Of a stretch of 64,000 nucleotides of DNA, positions 29,498 through 38,608 are shown piece by piece; positions within the stretch are counted from its first letter, which is position 1, and each line of letters begins with the position of its first letter. Position numbers and translations under genes: made by a program. Origin of the DNA: an uncultured bacterium. Its GTDB lineage: Bacteria; Patescibacteriota; Minisyncoccia; Phycocordibacterales; UBA6065. Under the pieces are notes generated by a model, which saw nothing but the letters and a program-made list of their open reading frames with translations, did no database searches and was not told the DNA's origin. The stretch lies in the NCBI GenBank assembly GCA_963841935.1, contig CAWJEP010000004.1, positions 14,975 through 78,974 of the forward strand. Direction: 5' to 3'.

Positions 29498-30460
29498 ATG
29501 AACAAGCAGAGAGGATTCATAAAATTCCTTTTGGTCATCGTGCTCGCCGCCTCCGTCATCATTGCGTTTCTATATTTTTGGCAGAAATATTCTTTGAACG
29601 GTCCTTTCTCCGCCGTGCCGGCCACCTCCGGCAATCCGAGTTCCTCATCCGTGAACCCGCTCACTAATTTCGGCTCAAATTTTTCCAATCCTTTTTCCGC
29701 CAGTTCCAACCCAAACGCTCCGGTAAAAAACTCTCCTTACGCCGGCAAGGTCACGCTTTCGGAGGGCGACGCGGCGTCTAGCTATCAGCCCGACGGCGAA
29801 TACATCGAGATTTACAACAACGGCAACTCATCCGTGAATATTACCGGCTGGACTCTCGAGAACGCTTTCGGTAATCGTCCCATTCAGACTACGGGCAATC
29901 AGGCGGTCAACGTCACTCCGGAGCAAGTCAAGATTCCGGAAGGCACGAATTTTCTCGACCCGTCGGACAATTTCGTCTTGAGCCCCATCATTCTTTCGCC
30001 GGAGGATACGGCTATCGTCACGACCGGCGCGCCGTTCGTTTCGTATCCCTACAAAATTTCGTATTCTTTTCGAGTAAACGAATGCGCCGGTTACCTCAAT
30101 TACACTTATCCTTTTAACCCGCAGATAAACGATATCTGTCCTTTGCCGAAAAACGAGACGGGCATCGATGCCGTCACGGATGTCTGTTACAACTACGTGC
30201 GTTATCTTCCGGATTGCTACGACCCGGCGGTGCAGGACAAAAATAATTTAAAAAACAATTTCCAGCAGAACTGCGTAAATTATATTGACGAACATTTCAA
30301 CTACGCCGCTTGCGTGGCCAATCACGAGAACGACGCGAATTTCAATCAGCCGACTTGGCGCGTCTTTTTGGGACTCAACCACGAACTCTGGCACGAGCCC
30401 GACGATTCCATCAAACTTTTCGACGCAAGCGGCCGGTTGGTGGACGAGATTGATTATTAA
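29498..30460 (+). CDS. membrane-anchored secreted protein with lamin-tail-like (LTD) domain and Cys-rich C-terminal domain
   Basis: N-terminal TM (FLLVIVLAASVIIAFLYF). The LTD signature EYIEIYNNGNSSVNITGWTLEN recurs in the 31667 protein. Twelve Cys in the C-terminal 130 aa. Confidence 0.65.
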   Translation: MNKQRGFIKFLLVIVLAASVIIAFLYFWQKYSLNGPFSAVPATSGNPSSSSVNPLTNFGSNFSNPFSASSNPNAPVKNSPYAGKVTLSEGDAASSYQPDGEYIEIYNNGNSSVNITGWTLENAFGNRPIQTTGNQAVNVTPEQVKIPEGTNFLDPSDNFVLSPIILSPEDTAIVTTGAPFVSYPYKISYSFRVNECAGYLNYTYPFNPQINDICPLPKNETGIDAVTDVCYNYVRYLPDCYDPAVQDKNNLKNNFQQNCVNYIDEHFNYAACVANHENDANFNQPTWRVFLGLNHELWHEPDDSIKLFDASGRLVDEIDY

Positions 30461-30469
30461 AAATAAATA

Positions 30470-30755
30470 CAAAACCCCAGTCCAAATGCTTGCAATTAGC
30501 CGAAGCTAAAGCAAGACAATGAGGACTGGGGTCTCTGTGGCGTGGCCCTAGGGTATTTAGTTGTACCGGCTGTCTCGCGACAGTCTTGCCCTGGTGGACC
30601 AGCTTAGCCTGTATGGGGCTGTTTTCCGCGGGGAACCGGCGGCGGCCGGGGATACCCACGTATTTAGGTGCTATCGTTGATTAGTGCGCGGTGCGGCTTC
30701 ATCAACTTGTATACATTACTCTCGCGGGAATAAAAAGCAAATCTACTTATTCACA
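30470..30755. ncRNA. candidate structured RNA of unknown class (GC-rich intergenic element)
   Basis: About 285 nt with no credible ORF. GC is far above the local background. Nested hairpins ccccagtcc…ggactgggg, ctgtctcgcgacag and ccgcggGGAAccggcgg. Bounded by an ORF stop and a minus-strand terminator. I found no SRP domain IV (AGCAG/GGAA) or tRNA motif. Confidence 0.35.
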
Positions 30756-30756
30756 A

Positions 30757-30790
30757 TAAAAAAAGCCGCCCGAGGATACGGGCGGCTGGC
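30757..30790 (-). terminator. rho-independent terminator of the minus-strand gene 30791..31171
   Basis: Minus-strand reading gccgcccgtatcctcgggcggc followed by TTTTTTTATTG, immediately after the stop codon. Confidence 0.6.
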
Positions 30791-31171
30791 TTATGAAGGT
30801 CTTGCGAGAAAAGTGCAGGTCGCACGCAAGCTCGTGCGGTTGGCGCCGATATCAAACGGATAATGTGTCGTGATTACGAGGCCAACACAGCAACCATTCA
30901 TCTTGCGCCGGTCGTAGGAGATAATAGCCTCAAAACGATCGCCGTTTATTCTTTGGTTCTCGATATCGTAACCGAGGTTCCAATAATGTTCCTTGACGGT
31001 CTTTGCTATCGTTTCGATATCCGGCGTCTCTTCGTCGCTTTCAAATAAGATAAGAAATTCCGAGTCCTGAATCGGATACAGTCGACTCCTCCCCCCTCCG
31101 AAAGCGCGGACGAGAAGCTCGCCGAGCTTGCCTTCGTTGAAAAGTTCCATCAATCCTCTGGCTGATGCCAT
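30791..31171 (-). CDS. hypothetical protein
   Basis: 126-aa ORF with clean terminator. No family assignment. Confidence 0.45.
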   Translation of the reverse strand: MASARGLMELFNEGKLGELLVRAFGGGRSRLYPIQDSEFLILFESDEETPDIETIAKTVKEHYWNLGYDIENQRINGDRFEAIISYDRRKMNGCCVGLVITTHYPFDIGANRTSLRATCTFLARPS

Positions 31172-31270
31172 TTTGGGTTTTCCTTGCGATTGATTGCCCT
31201 AGGATGCCGCCTAGTCGGGTTCTGTTTCGCTCTATACATTACTTGCCGCGGGGATTTTGTAAAGTGAGCA

Positions 31271-31594
31271 CTATATAAAGACTTTTTCCGGAAAATTTTT
31301 GAAATGGGGTTCGGAGACAGCTTTCCAAGCGGTCGGGGAATCTGGTATTGAAAGCGGGGATTGGTTCATCCCATTCCATGAGCTCTTTAGCGAGGGTATG
31401 CGCGACACTAACTGCCCGGTTTTTATTTTTTTAAACAAGGCTATTCTGCTTATGTGCATGAGTCTTGCCGCTTCGGCGGTAGAGAAGTGTGATTTTGTAT
31501 GGTTATTTTCTGACATGTCTCTAGGTTGATATATGTCTGTGAAACAATGATCACAAATAGTAGTGTAGTCGCGGATTAAGGGCTTTATCCACAC
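31271..31594 (-). CDS. small helix-turn-helix protein (excisionase/AlpA-like HTH_17 motif)
   Basis: FSTAEAARLMHISRIALFKKIKTGQL resembles Xis/AlpA/MerR-type HTH. The true start is probably the internal MSENNH. Confidence 0.45.
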   Translation of the reverse strand: MWIKPLIRDYTTICDHCFTDIYQPRDMSENNHTKSHFSTAEAARLMHISRIALFKKIKTGQLVSRIPSLKSSWNGMNQSPLSIPDSPTAWKAVSEPHFKNFPEKVFI

Positions 31595-31666
31595 AACCGA
31601 CTTGTTGCGATAAATCGAAACTAGTAATATAAGGCCGTAAATTTAATTTTTTAAACTTTTAAAACA

Positions 31667-33085
31667 ATGCGTCGGCGGACGTACTTTTTTATTTCGTTTT
31701 TAACTCTCGGTTTCCTTGTCCCGTTTTGTGTTCTCGCCGATTCCAGCAATATTAGTTCCCTAGTTTTTACAACCGAACCACAGACCGTAGACGCCGGTGT
31801 TCTTTCTCAAGAAATGACCGTCCAAACGCAGGATATTTCTGGTAATCCGATTCCGGCAGGAGAGACAAGCACCACAACTTTAACGAGCACGTCTCCCACA
31901 GGTCAGTTTTTTGGACCATCCGGCACATCGGCATTTTCACAAACAACTTCCGCTACCACAGAAAATAGAAATTTTACTTACAAAGATTCGAACCCAGGTA
32001 CATACACCATCACGGCGACGTTAATAGGCCGAACGAGCGGTAAGCAGTTTTCCGCGACGCAGACAATTGTTGTTACCGGTTCATCGGCTGATAATTCTTC
32101 ATCGGATAATTCAGACGCCTCTTCCACAAATAATTCATCAGCCGATTTAAATACCACTTCAAACAATTCGGAAGAGAACTCTTCCGACGCCTATTCAAGC
32201 CAAGAAACGATTTACGCCGGTTCGGATGATGAATCTTTCGGTTTGAGTATTGGCAGGAATCGTTTGGTCTCGGTCGGTGAGCCGGTTGTTTTTCTCGCGA
32301 GAATCATTTCCGGCGATTCATCATACGCCGGGACGCTTTTTCATTTCGCTTTTGGCGACGGCACCGAATGGAACGGCGAAAGCGCGACCCATACGTATAA
32401 ATACCCTGGAGATTATATTGTCGTCGTCGAAGCCAACCGATTTGGCGTGGATGCTGTCGCCGAAGCCAAGGTAAAAGTTGTCTCTCCGGACGTGGTCATT
32501 TCAAATTCCGACGCGAATTCGGTTGTTGTGACAAACAACGGAGCCGATGAAATCAATTTGGGCGGTTGGGTCATAACCGACTTCGTTGGAAGGTTTATCG
32601 TGCCGCAGGACACGATAATTTTGGCCCATTCGTCAATTACTGTTTCCTCGTCCGTGATGAAAACGAAAACTTTTTCCGGAGTCATAAGTCTTTATGACCC
32701 GTCGGAGAAGGAAGTGGCCGCCGCGCCTACGGACGCGGCGGCGGGCGGAGACATGACGATTGCTTTGCCTGGGGGAATGACTGCGGCTGAATTTAGCGAT
32801 ACGTTCTCACAGAAATTTTCCGACGCTTTGAAAGATTCCGAAACATCCGTTGAGGGAAATGGTGTGAAGGAGACGAAGGTAGTGGCGCGGCCTGCCGGCG
32901 GGCAGGCCGCGCCACTGCCCGCTAACGCGGAAGCGGCGGTCGCCGCTTCGTCGTCTCCAGAAGTCGCCGTCAACGAGTCCAGTTCCTCGGCGGCTACGGT
33001 GATTTATAGTGTTCCACACCATTCTGAGGACTCTGTTTTCTCCGGCATCGGTTCTTGGTTTAGCGGCCTATTCGGAAAAAAATGA
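31667..33085 (+). CDS. secreted protein with signal peptide, Ser/Asn-rich linker, PKD domain and LTD domain
   Basis: Signal peptide FFISFLTLGFLVPFCVLA. PKD-like region FHFAFGDGTEWNGESATHTYKYPGDYIVVVEANRFG. LTD-like region VVVTNNGADEINLGGWVITDFVGRFIVPQD. Confidence 0.7.
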   Translation: MRRRTYFFISFLTLGFLVPFCVLADSSNISSLVFTTEPQTVDAGVLSQEMTVQTQDISGNPIPAGETSTTTLTSTSPTGQFFGPSGTSAFSQTTSATTENRNFTYKDSNPGTYTITATLIGRTSGKQFSATQTIVVTGSSADNSSSDNSDASSTNNSSADLNTTSNNSEENSSDAYSSQETIYAGSDDESFGLSIGRNRLVSVGEPVVFLARIISGDSSYAGTLFHFAFGDGTEWNGESATHTYKYPGDYIVVVEANRFGVDAVAEAKVKVVSPDVVISNSDANSVVVTNNGADEINLGGWVITDFVGRFIVPQDTIILAHSSITVSSSVMKTKTFSGVISLYDPSEKEVAAAPTDAAAGGDMTIALPGGMTAAEFSDTFSQKFSDALKDSETSVEGNGVKETKVVARPAGGQAAPLPANAEAAVAASSSPEVAVNESSSSAATVIYSVPHHSEDSVFSGIGSWFSGLFGKK

Positions 33086-36045
33086 AAAAATCCATAAATA
33101 TTTTGGTGGTTATCGGAATTTCGACGGCATTTTTTGTCGCACCGGCTTTAGCTCACGCCTATACGATTGTCACGGGTAGCAGTCTACCTTCAGATACCGA
33201 ATGGACGGCCGACAAAAGTCCCTACGTCATCATGAATGATTTTACTGTTCCACTGGACGTGACGCTCACTATAGACCCAGGCGTCGTCGTCGAATTCACC
33301 GGACGGGAGAGTCTATATGTTTGGGGAAACATCATAGCTAACGGTACGACAAACCAGAAAATTTATTTTACCGCCGCCGGAGACGCTTCAGTTGGAGCGG
33401 TTCTTAATGATTCCGACGATATTTTTCCGATTTCCTTGTGGGGAATTGTCGTCGAAGGCGGCGTCTTGAACATGAACAACGCCGAAATGCGCTCCATGGT
33501 TTATGGCATTGATATGTACGGCGGTAATATTGATCTGAATAACGTGTCAATATCCGGAGATGAACCAACGATAGAAGATATAAACGGCACACTTGATTTT
33601 TCGAATGTTGATCTAGGTGGCGATCCCGGCTATGCGATTCTTTTAGGCGGTTCTTACGCCGAGCTTTTCGCGAATAATGTCTCGATTCACGATAGTGGTG
33701 GAGGTGTAGAGACGTGGGCAAACGCTAAAATTTCCGCCACAAACCTAAACTTATCGCGTATAAACGGACAAGCATTCAATTTGATTGGCGGGTCATTAAA
33801 TCTTTCCGATTCAACATTATCCGACATATACACCACCGCAAATCTTGCGGCAATTTCAACGACCATTGGTACGAGCTTGTCCATAGATTCGACAACTATC
33901 TCAAACGTATCTGGCACGGTTATTAATATTTTGAATGGAGCCAATGTCTCTATATCAAATACGGTCATATCAAACGCAGTTGGAGGGATCGAAATAAGCG
34001 ACGGCCTTTCATATTTGCCCAATTATAGTCCGAACGCGTTAAATACTATCTCGTCCTCCACCATTTCGAACATTGATAACGACGCCATCGATGTTTCCGG
34101 CGCCAATTTAAATGTTTCAGGTTCGTCTCTGACGAACATCGGTCAGTACGCTCTGTACAACACGGATTCTTCGCCACTCGCGGCCGCTGAAAATAATTAC
34201 TGGGGCGACCCAAGCGGACCATACAATCCAAATTCAAATCCAAACGGCCACGGTGCGGAAGTTTCCGATGGCGTTGATTTTTCAAATTGGACAGGAGAGA
34301 CGGCATCTACGGCCACAACTACTTCGGCCACTTCCACTCCGTCGGAATCAACTACAACTTCTTCCGTACTCGAACCGGTGATTATTATTCCCGGCATATT
34401 CGGTTCGGAAGAAAAAGACGGCGCGTGGGTAATGGACCCGATTCTCCACGCTTACGACGACCTCATTGCTACTTTGGCTGCGAACGGGTACAGCACGAGC
34501 ACGACGCTTTTTACTTTTCCTTATGATTGGAGGAATTCAAATGTCGTGACGGCAAAACTTTTGGAACAAAAAATTTCCGAAGTAAAAACCATTTGCGGGT
34601 GTTCAAGAGTAAATCTCGTGGCTCACTCGATGGGCGGACTAGTGGCGCGGCAGTATATTCAATCCGACGATTACCAAAATGACGTGGACAAAGTGATTTT
34701 TCTTGGCACGCCACACCTCGGCGCACCGGAAGATTATTTTGCTTGGGAGGGTGCAGTCGCCTCTCCAAATCCTCTGGATCTTTCTGGAAAAGTAATGGAC
34801 GCCATTCTTGGCGAATATGGTTTGCACGAGGGATATTTAAGTCCGTTTAATTTTATCCATGAAAAAGTGCCATCTATTCAAGAGCTTTTGCCAATCAGTG
34901 CATATAAGTTTGATTTTGACACTGGGGAAATTCAAGAATATTCATCGTCTACTTACCCAACAAATTCTTTTTTGGAAAATTTGGAGGCCACAAAAAGTCT
35001 TTTAAGTAGTCGAGTCAATGTTTTTAACATCGTGGGGGACATTGGTGGCAGTTCAACCATAGAAAAAATAGGAGTCCGTCCAGCAACTGATATAGCTCCT
35101 TTTTATACAGATGGTCAGCCCGCAACGATTTTGTCTGGAGGCCTCATTTATGGCGATGGTGACGGCACAGTTCCTCTTTCAAGCGCTAGTGATTTCCCAG
35201 TCTACGACACGTTAGATCAGAAACATACAGATTTACCTGATTATGCTGAGGAAGATGTATTTAAAATATTAACAGGGGGTAGTCTTCAGACAATTATTCG
35301 TGATGCAGTCATTCCAGATTTACGATTTTTGGTCATAAATTTGTTTTCCCCGATTCACATTCTGATTACAGCTCCTGACGGCAAAAGAATCGGTTACGAC
35401 CCTACGACCGGACAAGAAATAAACGAAATTTCGGGAGCTTTTTATACCGGCACAACGACAGAAAACGAGTATATAACAATTCCAAATCCTGAAGACGGGC
35501 AGTACCAAGTCGAGTCAATAGGATATGCTGATGGAGACTATACCATTACCGCGTCAGATGTTACCGGCGGTTCCACTACAAACACAAGTATGAGCGGTAC
35601 GACATCGGTCGGCGCTCAATCGTCACAGACTTTTACCCTGAGCTCGTCCACTGTTCTCTCTATCAATACGGACGCGAGTTCTCAACAATCGGAACAGACC
35701 ATTTCTGCTTTGTCTGTCCATCAATACGGCGGCGGGAATTCAGTCACCGCCACGCAAACAAAAGAAAAATTTGATCCGAACACTTTTATGATAACAATGA
35801 ACGCGCCTATAGATAAATTCGTGAAGGAATACAAGCTGGCTTATCGTTCTACGCATTGGGGTGAATATCAGGCGGAACTCGCGGAAAATAATAGCCAAGT
35901 GACAACTTCAACTGAGGTAGAAACAGCGTCTGTTTATCAAGCCGTGCCGAGTTCTCTAAATGATGAATTGAGTTGGTTTGCCGACAAATTTGTCGGTATA
36001 ATTAGCAAAGTTGCCGGTAATCTTTTTAATCTCATAAACAAATGA
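33082..36045 (+). CDS. large secreted protein: N-terminal right-handed beta-helix repeats and central alpha/beta-hydrolase (lipase / LCAT / PGAP1-like) domain
   Basis: Signal peptide. Repeated NVSISN/SISNTVISN beta-helix-like segments. Lipase core PVIIIPGIFGS…VNLVAHSMGGLVARQYI (GxSxG)…FLGTPHLGAP. 987 aa with no frame disruption. Confidence 0.75.
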   Translation: MKKSINILVVIGISTAFFVAPALAHAYTIVTGSSLPSDTEWTADKSPYVIMNDFTVPLDVTLTIDPGVVVEFTGRESLYVWGNIIANGTTNQKIYFTAAGDASVGAVLNDSDDIFPISLWGIVVEGGVLNMNNAEMRSMVYGIDMYGGNIDLNNVSISGDEPTIEDINGTLDFSNVDLGGDPGYAILLGGSYAELFANNVSIHDSGGGVETWANAKISATNLNLSRINGQAFNLIGGSLNLSDSTLSDIYTTANLAAISTTIGTSLSIDSTTISNVSGTVINILNGANVSISNTVISNAVGGIEISDGLSYLPNYSPNALNTISSSTISNIDNDAIDVSGANLNVSGSSLTNIGQYALYNTDSSPLAAAENNYWGDPSGPYNPNSNPNGHGAEVSDGVDFSNWTGETASTATTTSATSTPSESTTTSSVLEPVIIIPGIFGSEEKDGAWVMDPILHAYDDLIATLAANGYSTSTTLFTFPYDWRNSNVVTAKLLEQKISEVKTICGCSRVNLVAHSMGGLVARQYIQSDDYQNDVDKVIFLGTPHLGAPEDYFAWEGAVASPNPLDLSGKVMDAILGEYGLHEGYLSPFNFIHEKVPSIQELLPISAYKFDFDTGEIQEYSSSTYPTNSFLENLEATKSLLSSRVNVFNIVGDIGGSSTIEKIGVRPATDIAPFYTDGQPATILSGGLIYGDGDGTVPLSSASDFPVYDTLDQKHTDLPDYAEEDVFKILTGGSLQTIIRDAVIPDLRFLVINLFSPIHILITAPDGKRIGYDPTTGQEINEISGAFYTGTTTENEYITIPNPEDGQYQVESIGYADGDYTITASDVTGGSTTNTSMSGTTSVGAQSSQTFTLSSSTVLSINTDASSQQSEQTISALSVHQYGGGNSVTATQTKEKFDPNTFMITMNAPIDKFVKEYKLAYRSTHWGEYQAELAENNSQVTTSTEVETASVYQAVPSSLNDELSWFADKFVGIISKVAGNLFNLINK

Positions 36046-36410
36046 AAAAAGAAAATATCCGGGACGGAATCATACTTGTGGTTTTGTTGATTGCGAGCGG
36101 TTTATTCACTTGGTATCTAGGAGATTACTTTGGCATTTGGTATGCGCAGATTTTTAATTTAGGTTTTCATACATTTGCTGTAATAATGGGATTTCCAATT
36201 GCGTATCTATTGTTTATTTTTTTTACTGTTCGACTTTTTATACCAAGAGCGAACCCATACATTTACGCTGTTATTTTTTTGCCAGGACTTCTCTTCAGTC
36301 TTTTATTCAGTTCCGAAATTTTCGTAGCCTTTTTTCCATTCCTCTTCGCGGTTGTCGGTTATCTATTAGCACTTCTTGTAAATTGGATGATACATCTTAT
36401 TAAAAGGTAA
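36042..36410 (+). CDS. small polytopic membrane protein, hypothetical
   Basis: Four hydrophobic helices in 122 aa. Start overlaps the upstream stop. Confidence 0.45.
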   Translation: MKKENIRDGIILVVLLIASGLFTWYLGDYFGIWYAQIFNLGFHTFAVIMGFPIAYLLFIFFTVRLFIPRANPYIYAVIFLPGLLFSLLFSSEIFVAFFPFLFAVVGYLLALLVNWMIHLIKR

Positions 36411-36466
36411 TTTGACTTCCTTTTTGAAAGCGATAGGGTAGTGGAAAACAGCACAAAAGGACACAA

Positions 36467-36841
36467 ATGATATTTAAGTATCAGGCAGTGATTTATCCGC
36501 CAAAAAAATACACGCCGAAGGGGGTCAAGAAGGGGAGCCACATTTTCTCCATCGCCGGGGTGATCGGCATAAACACTTTGCAGAAAGATGTCGTGGTAGA
36601 CCTTATCAAGAGACGGATTTGGATAAGGGAGCTCGGCGCGTGTTTCTTCGTCGCCGATTACTCCAGGCCGTATGACATTCTCTACCTCGAGCGCAGGCTT
36701 TCCAAGCTGTCGCGCGCGATAGCCCAACGCTTGTGCGACGAAGGCTGGGCATACAACCACGAAGTGCCAAGTCGTTACCACTTGCCGGATTTTTATCTTC
36801 AAACGAACCTTCCGGTCGTTCTCGAGCCGGCGTCACGGTGA
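36467..36841 (+). CDS. hypothetical protein
   Basis: 124-aa ORF. The terminator hairpin overlaps its 3' end. Confidence 0.45.
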   Translation: MIFKYQAVIYPPKKYTPKGVKKGSHIFSIAGVIGINTLQKDVVVDLIKRRIWIRELGACFFVADYSRPYDILYLERRLSKLSRAIAQRLCDEGWAYNHEVPSRYHLPDFYLQTNLPVVLEPASR

Positions 36842-36853
36842 CGCCGGCTTTTT
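36826..36853 (+). terminator. rho-independent terminator
   Basis: gccggcgtcacggtgacgccggc (11-bp perfect stem) followed by TTTTTC. Confidence 0.5.
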
Positions 36854-36880
36854 CTTGCGGAACGTAGGAAATCTGATAGT

Positions 36881-37345
36881 ATGGCGTCAAACGTTCGTTC
36901 AACAGTTCAGTTAAAAGGATTTATGATTACTCAAGAAGTTTCTTTCAAGGACTTATCGGTAGAATCGCGGAGGAAGATCAAGAAAATCGTGTGGCAAGTT
37001 GCCGCACTTATGCTTTCATATCCGGCCGCACTCATTTTCTCGATTGCTATGGGTTGGGACCACGTCGCGGCGGCGATATTTTTTCCTCTGCCGATTGCTT
37101 TTGCCATTACTTGCTTTGCGATGACGTGGTCCATCGTAAAAGAAACTAACGCCGGTATTAGCGGTGCTATCACGGGAATGTTTTCCATCGGCCTTGGTCT
37201 GTTCGGCATCGTTATCGCTTTTTCAAGCCACGATGTCGTCACCCAACCGTGGGGGGCATTGGTTCCTCAACTGTTTCCAAGCGATACCAGGTTTCCTAGT
37301 GTCAGCGGGAAAACTTCTATGGCAAGCTCTTTGCCACGCATTTAA
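36881..37345 (+). CDS. hypothetical membrane protein
   Basis: 154 aa with three or four TM helices (LMLSYPAALIFSIAMGW…ITGMFSIGLGLFGIVIAF). Confidence 0.5.
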   Translation: MASNVRSTVQLKGFMITQEVSFKDLSVESRRKIKKIVWQVAALMLSYPAALIFSIAMGWDHVAAAIFFPLPIAFAITCFAMTWSIVKETNAGISGAITGMFSIGLGLFGIVIAFSSHDVVTQPWGALVPQLFPSDTRFPSVSGKTSMASSLPRI

Positions 37346-37379
37346 CGGCTGAATCGCCACTCACAGACATCTCTTTATG

Positions 37380-37560
37380 AGGTGTTTTTTCTTGCAAATT
37401 TCGGAGATTTTGATAAGGTAATAGCAAAGGCCGGAGAAAGCGGGCAACCATAAGTCCCGCCGAGGTCGAAGCGACGCAAACTATCGTTTGCGTCGCCCAA
37501 ACTCCGGCCCGCCGCGTATACGCGGCGGGCCAAGCCTTTTTTTAACAGACAATTGTCAAA
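37380..37560 (+). promoter_or_regulatory. rplJ leader: candidate ribosomal protein L10 autoregulatory leader with internal attenuator hairpin
   Basis: About 180-nt structured leader. GC-rich hairpin ggcccgccgcgtatacgcggcgggcc followed by aagccTTTTTTT about 20 nt before the rplJ start, as in L10-leader attenuation. Confidence 0.4.
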
Positions 37561-37563
37561 AAA

Positions 37564-38058
37564 ATGGCAATCAACAAAGCAAAGAAAAAAGAGATTGTGG
37601 AGAAGCTCGAGAAATCATTTTCTCAAGCCAAATCCATGGTTTTTCTCGGTGTCAAAGGCATCAAGGTCAACGAGCAGAACAAATTGCGAAAGATTCTTCG
37701 CGAACAGGGAGTCGGCTACACCATAGCCAAGAAAACCCTCGTCGGTCGCGCGCTCGATAAAGCGAAAATCTCGGGCGTAAAGCCGGAGTTTCTCGCCGAG
37801 CTCGCCGTGGCTTTTAGCGAAGACAATCTCGCGAGCCACAGGGAAATAGCTGATTTTCAGAAGAAGAACAAAGACAATGTGAAAATCATCGGCGGAGTTT
37901 TCGACGGAGTTTATGTCGACGCGGTCAAAGTTTCGGAGCTCGCTTCGATTCCGCCGCGAGAGATGCTTCTCGCCCAACTCATCAATCTGCTCAATTCGCC
38001 GATTCAAGGTTTCGTCATGGCGCTTTCGGAAATCGCCAAGGGAAAACCGCAGGCCTAA
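37564..38058 (+). CDS. rplJ: ribosomal protein L10
   Basis: Position upstream of rplL and a conserved L10 core. Confidence 0.85.
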   Translation: MAINKAKKKEIVEKLEKSFSQAKSMVFLGVKGIKVNEQNKLRKILREQGVGYTIAKKTLVGRALDKAKISGVKPEFLAELAVAFSEDNLASHREIADFQKKNKDNVKIIGGVFDGVYVDAVKVSELASIPPREMLLAQLINLLNSPIQGFVMALSEIAKGKPQA

Positions 38059-38081
38059 TTATTCTTAATTAAATTAAAATC

Positions 38082-38477
38082 ATGTCAGAAGAGAAAAAAG
38101 TCGTAGAGACTCCGGCGAAATTCAAAAGCCTCGTCGAGTCAGTGGAAAAAATGTCGGTCATCGAACTTCACGAATTGGTCAAACATCTCGAAGAGAAGTT
38201 CGGAGTAAGCGCAGCGGCGGTCGCGGTCGCGGCTCCGGCAGCGGCAGGCGCAGCGGCGGAAGAGAAGTCAATCTTCACGGTTGAACTGCGCGACGCCGGC
38301 GCGAGCAAGATTAACGTCATCAAAGTCGTCAAAGAAGCTCTCGGCCTCGGACTGAAAGAAGCCAAGGACCTCGTCGACGCGGCTCCGAAAGTTCTCAAAG
38401 AAGGTCTCAAGAAAGAGGACGCGGACAAGCTCAAGAAAGATATCGAAGCGGCAGGCGGAAAAGTCGAACTCAAATAA
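38082..38477 (+). CDS. rplL: ribosomal protein L7/L12
   Basis: Ala-rich hinge [19 protein letters not shown] and C-terminal domain [21 protein letters not shown]…[14 protein letters not shown]. Confidence 0.9.
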   Translation: MSEEKKVVETPAKFKSLVESVEKMSVIELHELVKHLEEKFGVSAAAVAVAAPAAAGAAAEEKSIFTVELRDAGASKINVIKVVKEALGLGLKEAKDLVDAAPKVLKEGLKKEDADKLKKDIEAAGGKVELK

Positions 38478-38493
38478 ATTTCACGAAATTAAA

Positions 38494-38526
38494 AGCGGCC
38501 CCGCCATAGGCGGGGCCGCTTTTCGT
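38494..38526 (+). terminator. rho-independent terminator
   Basis: agcggccccgccataggcggggccgct followed by TTTCGTT. Confidence 0.6.
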
Positions 38527-38608
38527 TATCCCCGCCTTCGTTGCGAATACGTCGGGGGGGGTGTTATCATAGAGGACAGAAATTTAGAATCATTAATCGT
38601 ATTTATCA

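Noticed and set aside
30470-30755. SRP (4.5S / scRNA) RNA
   Set aside because: No domain IV signature (the GGAA tetraloop flanked by AGCAG and G.A symmetric-loop residues) on either strand.
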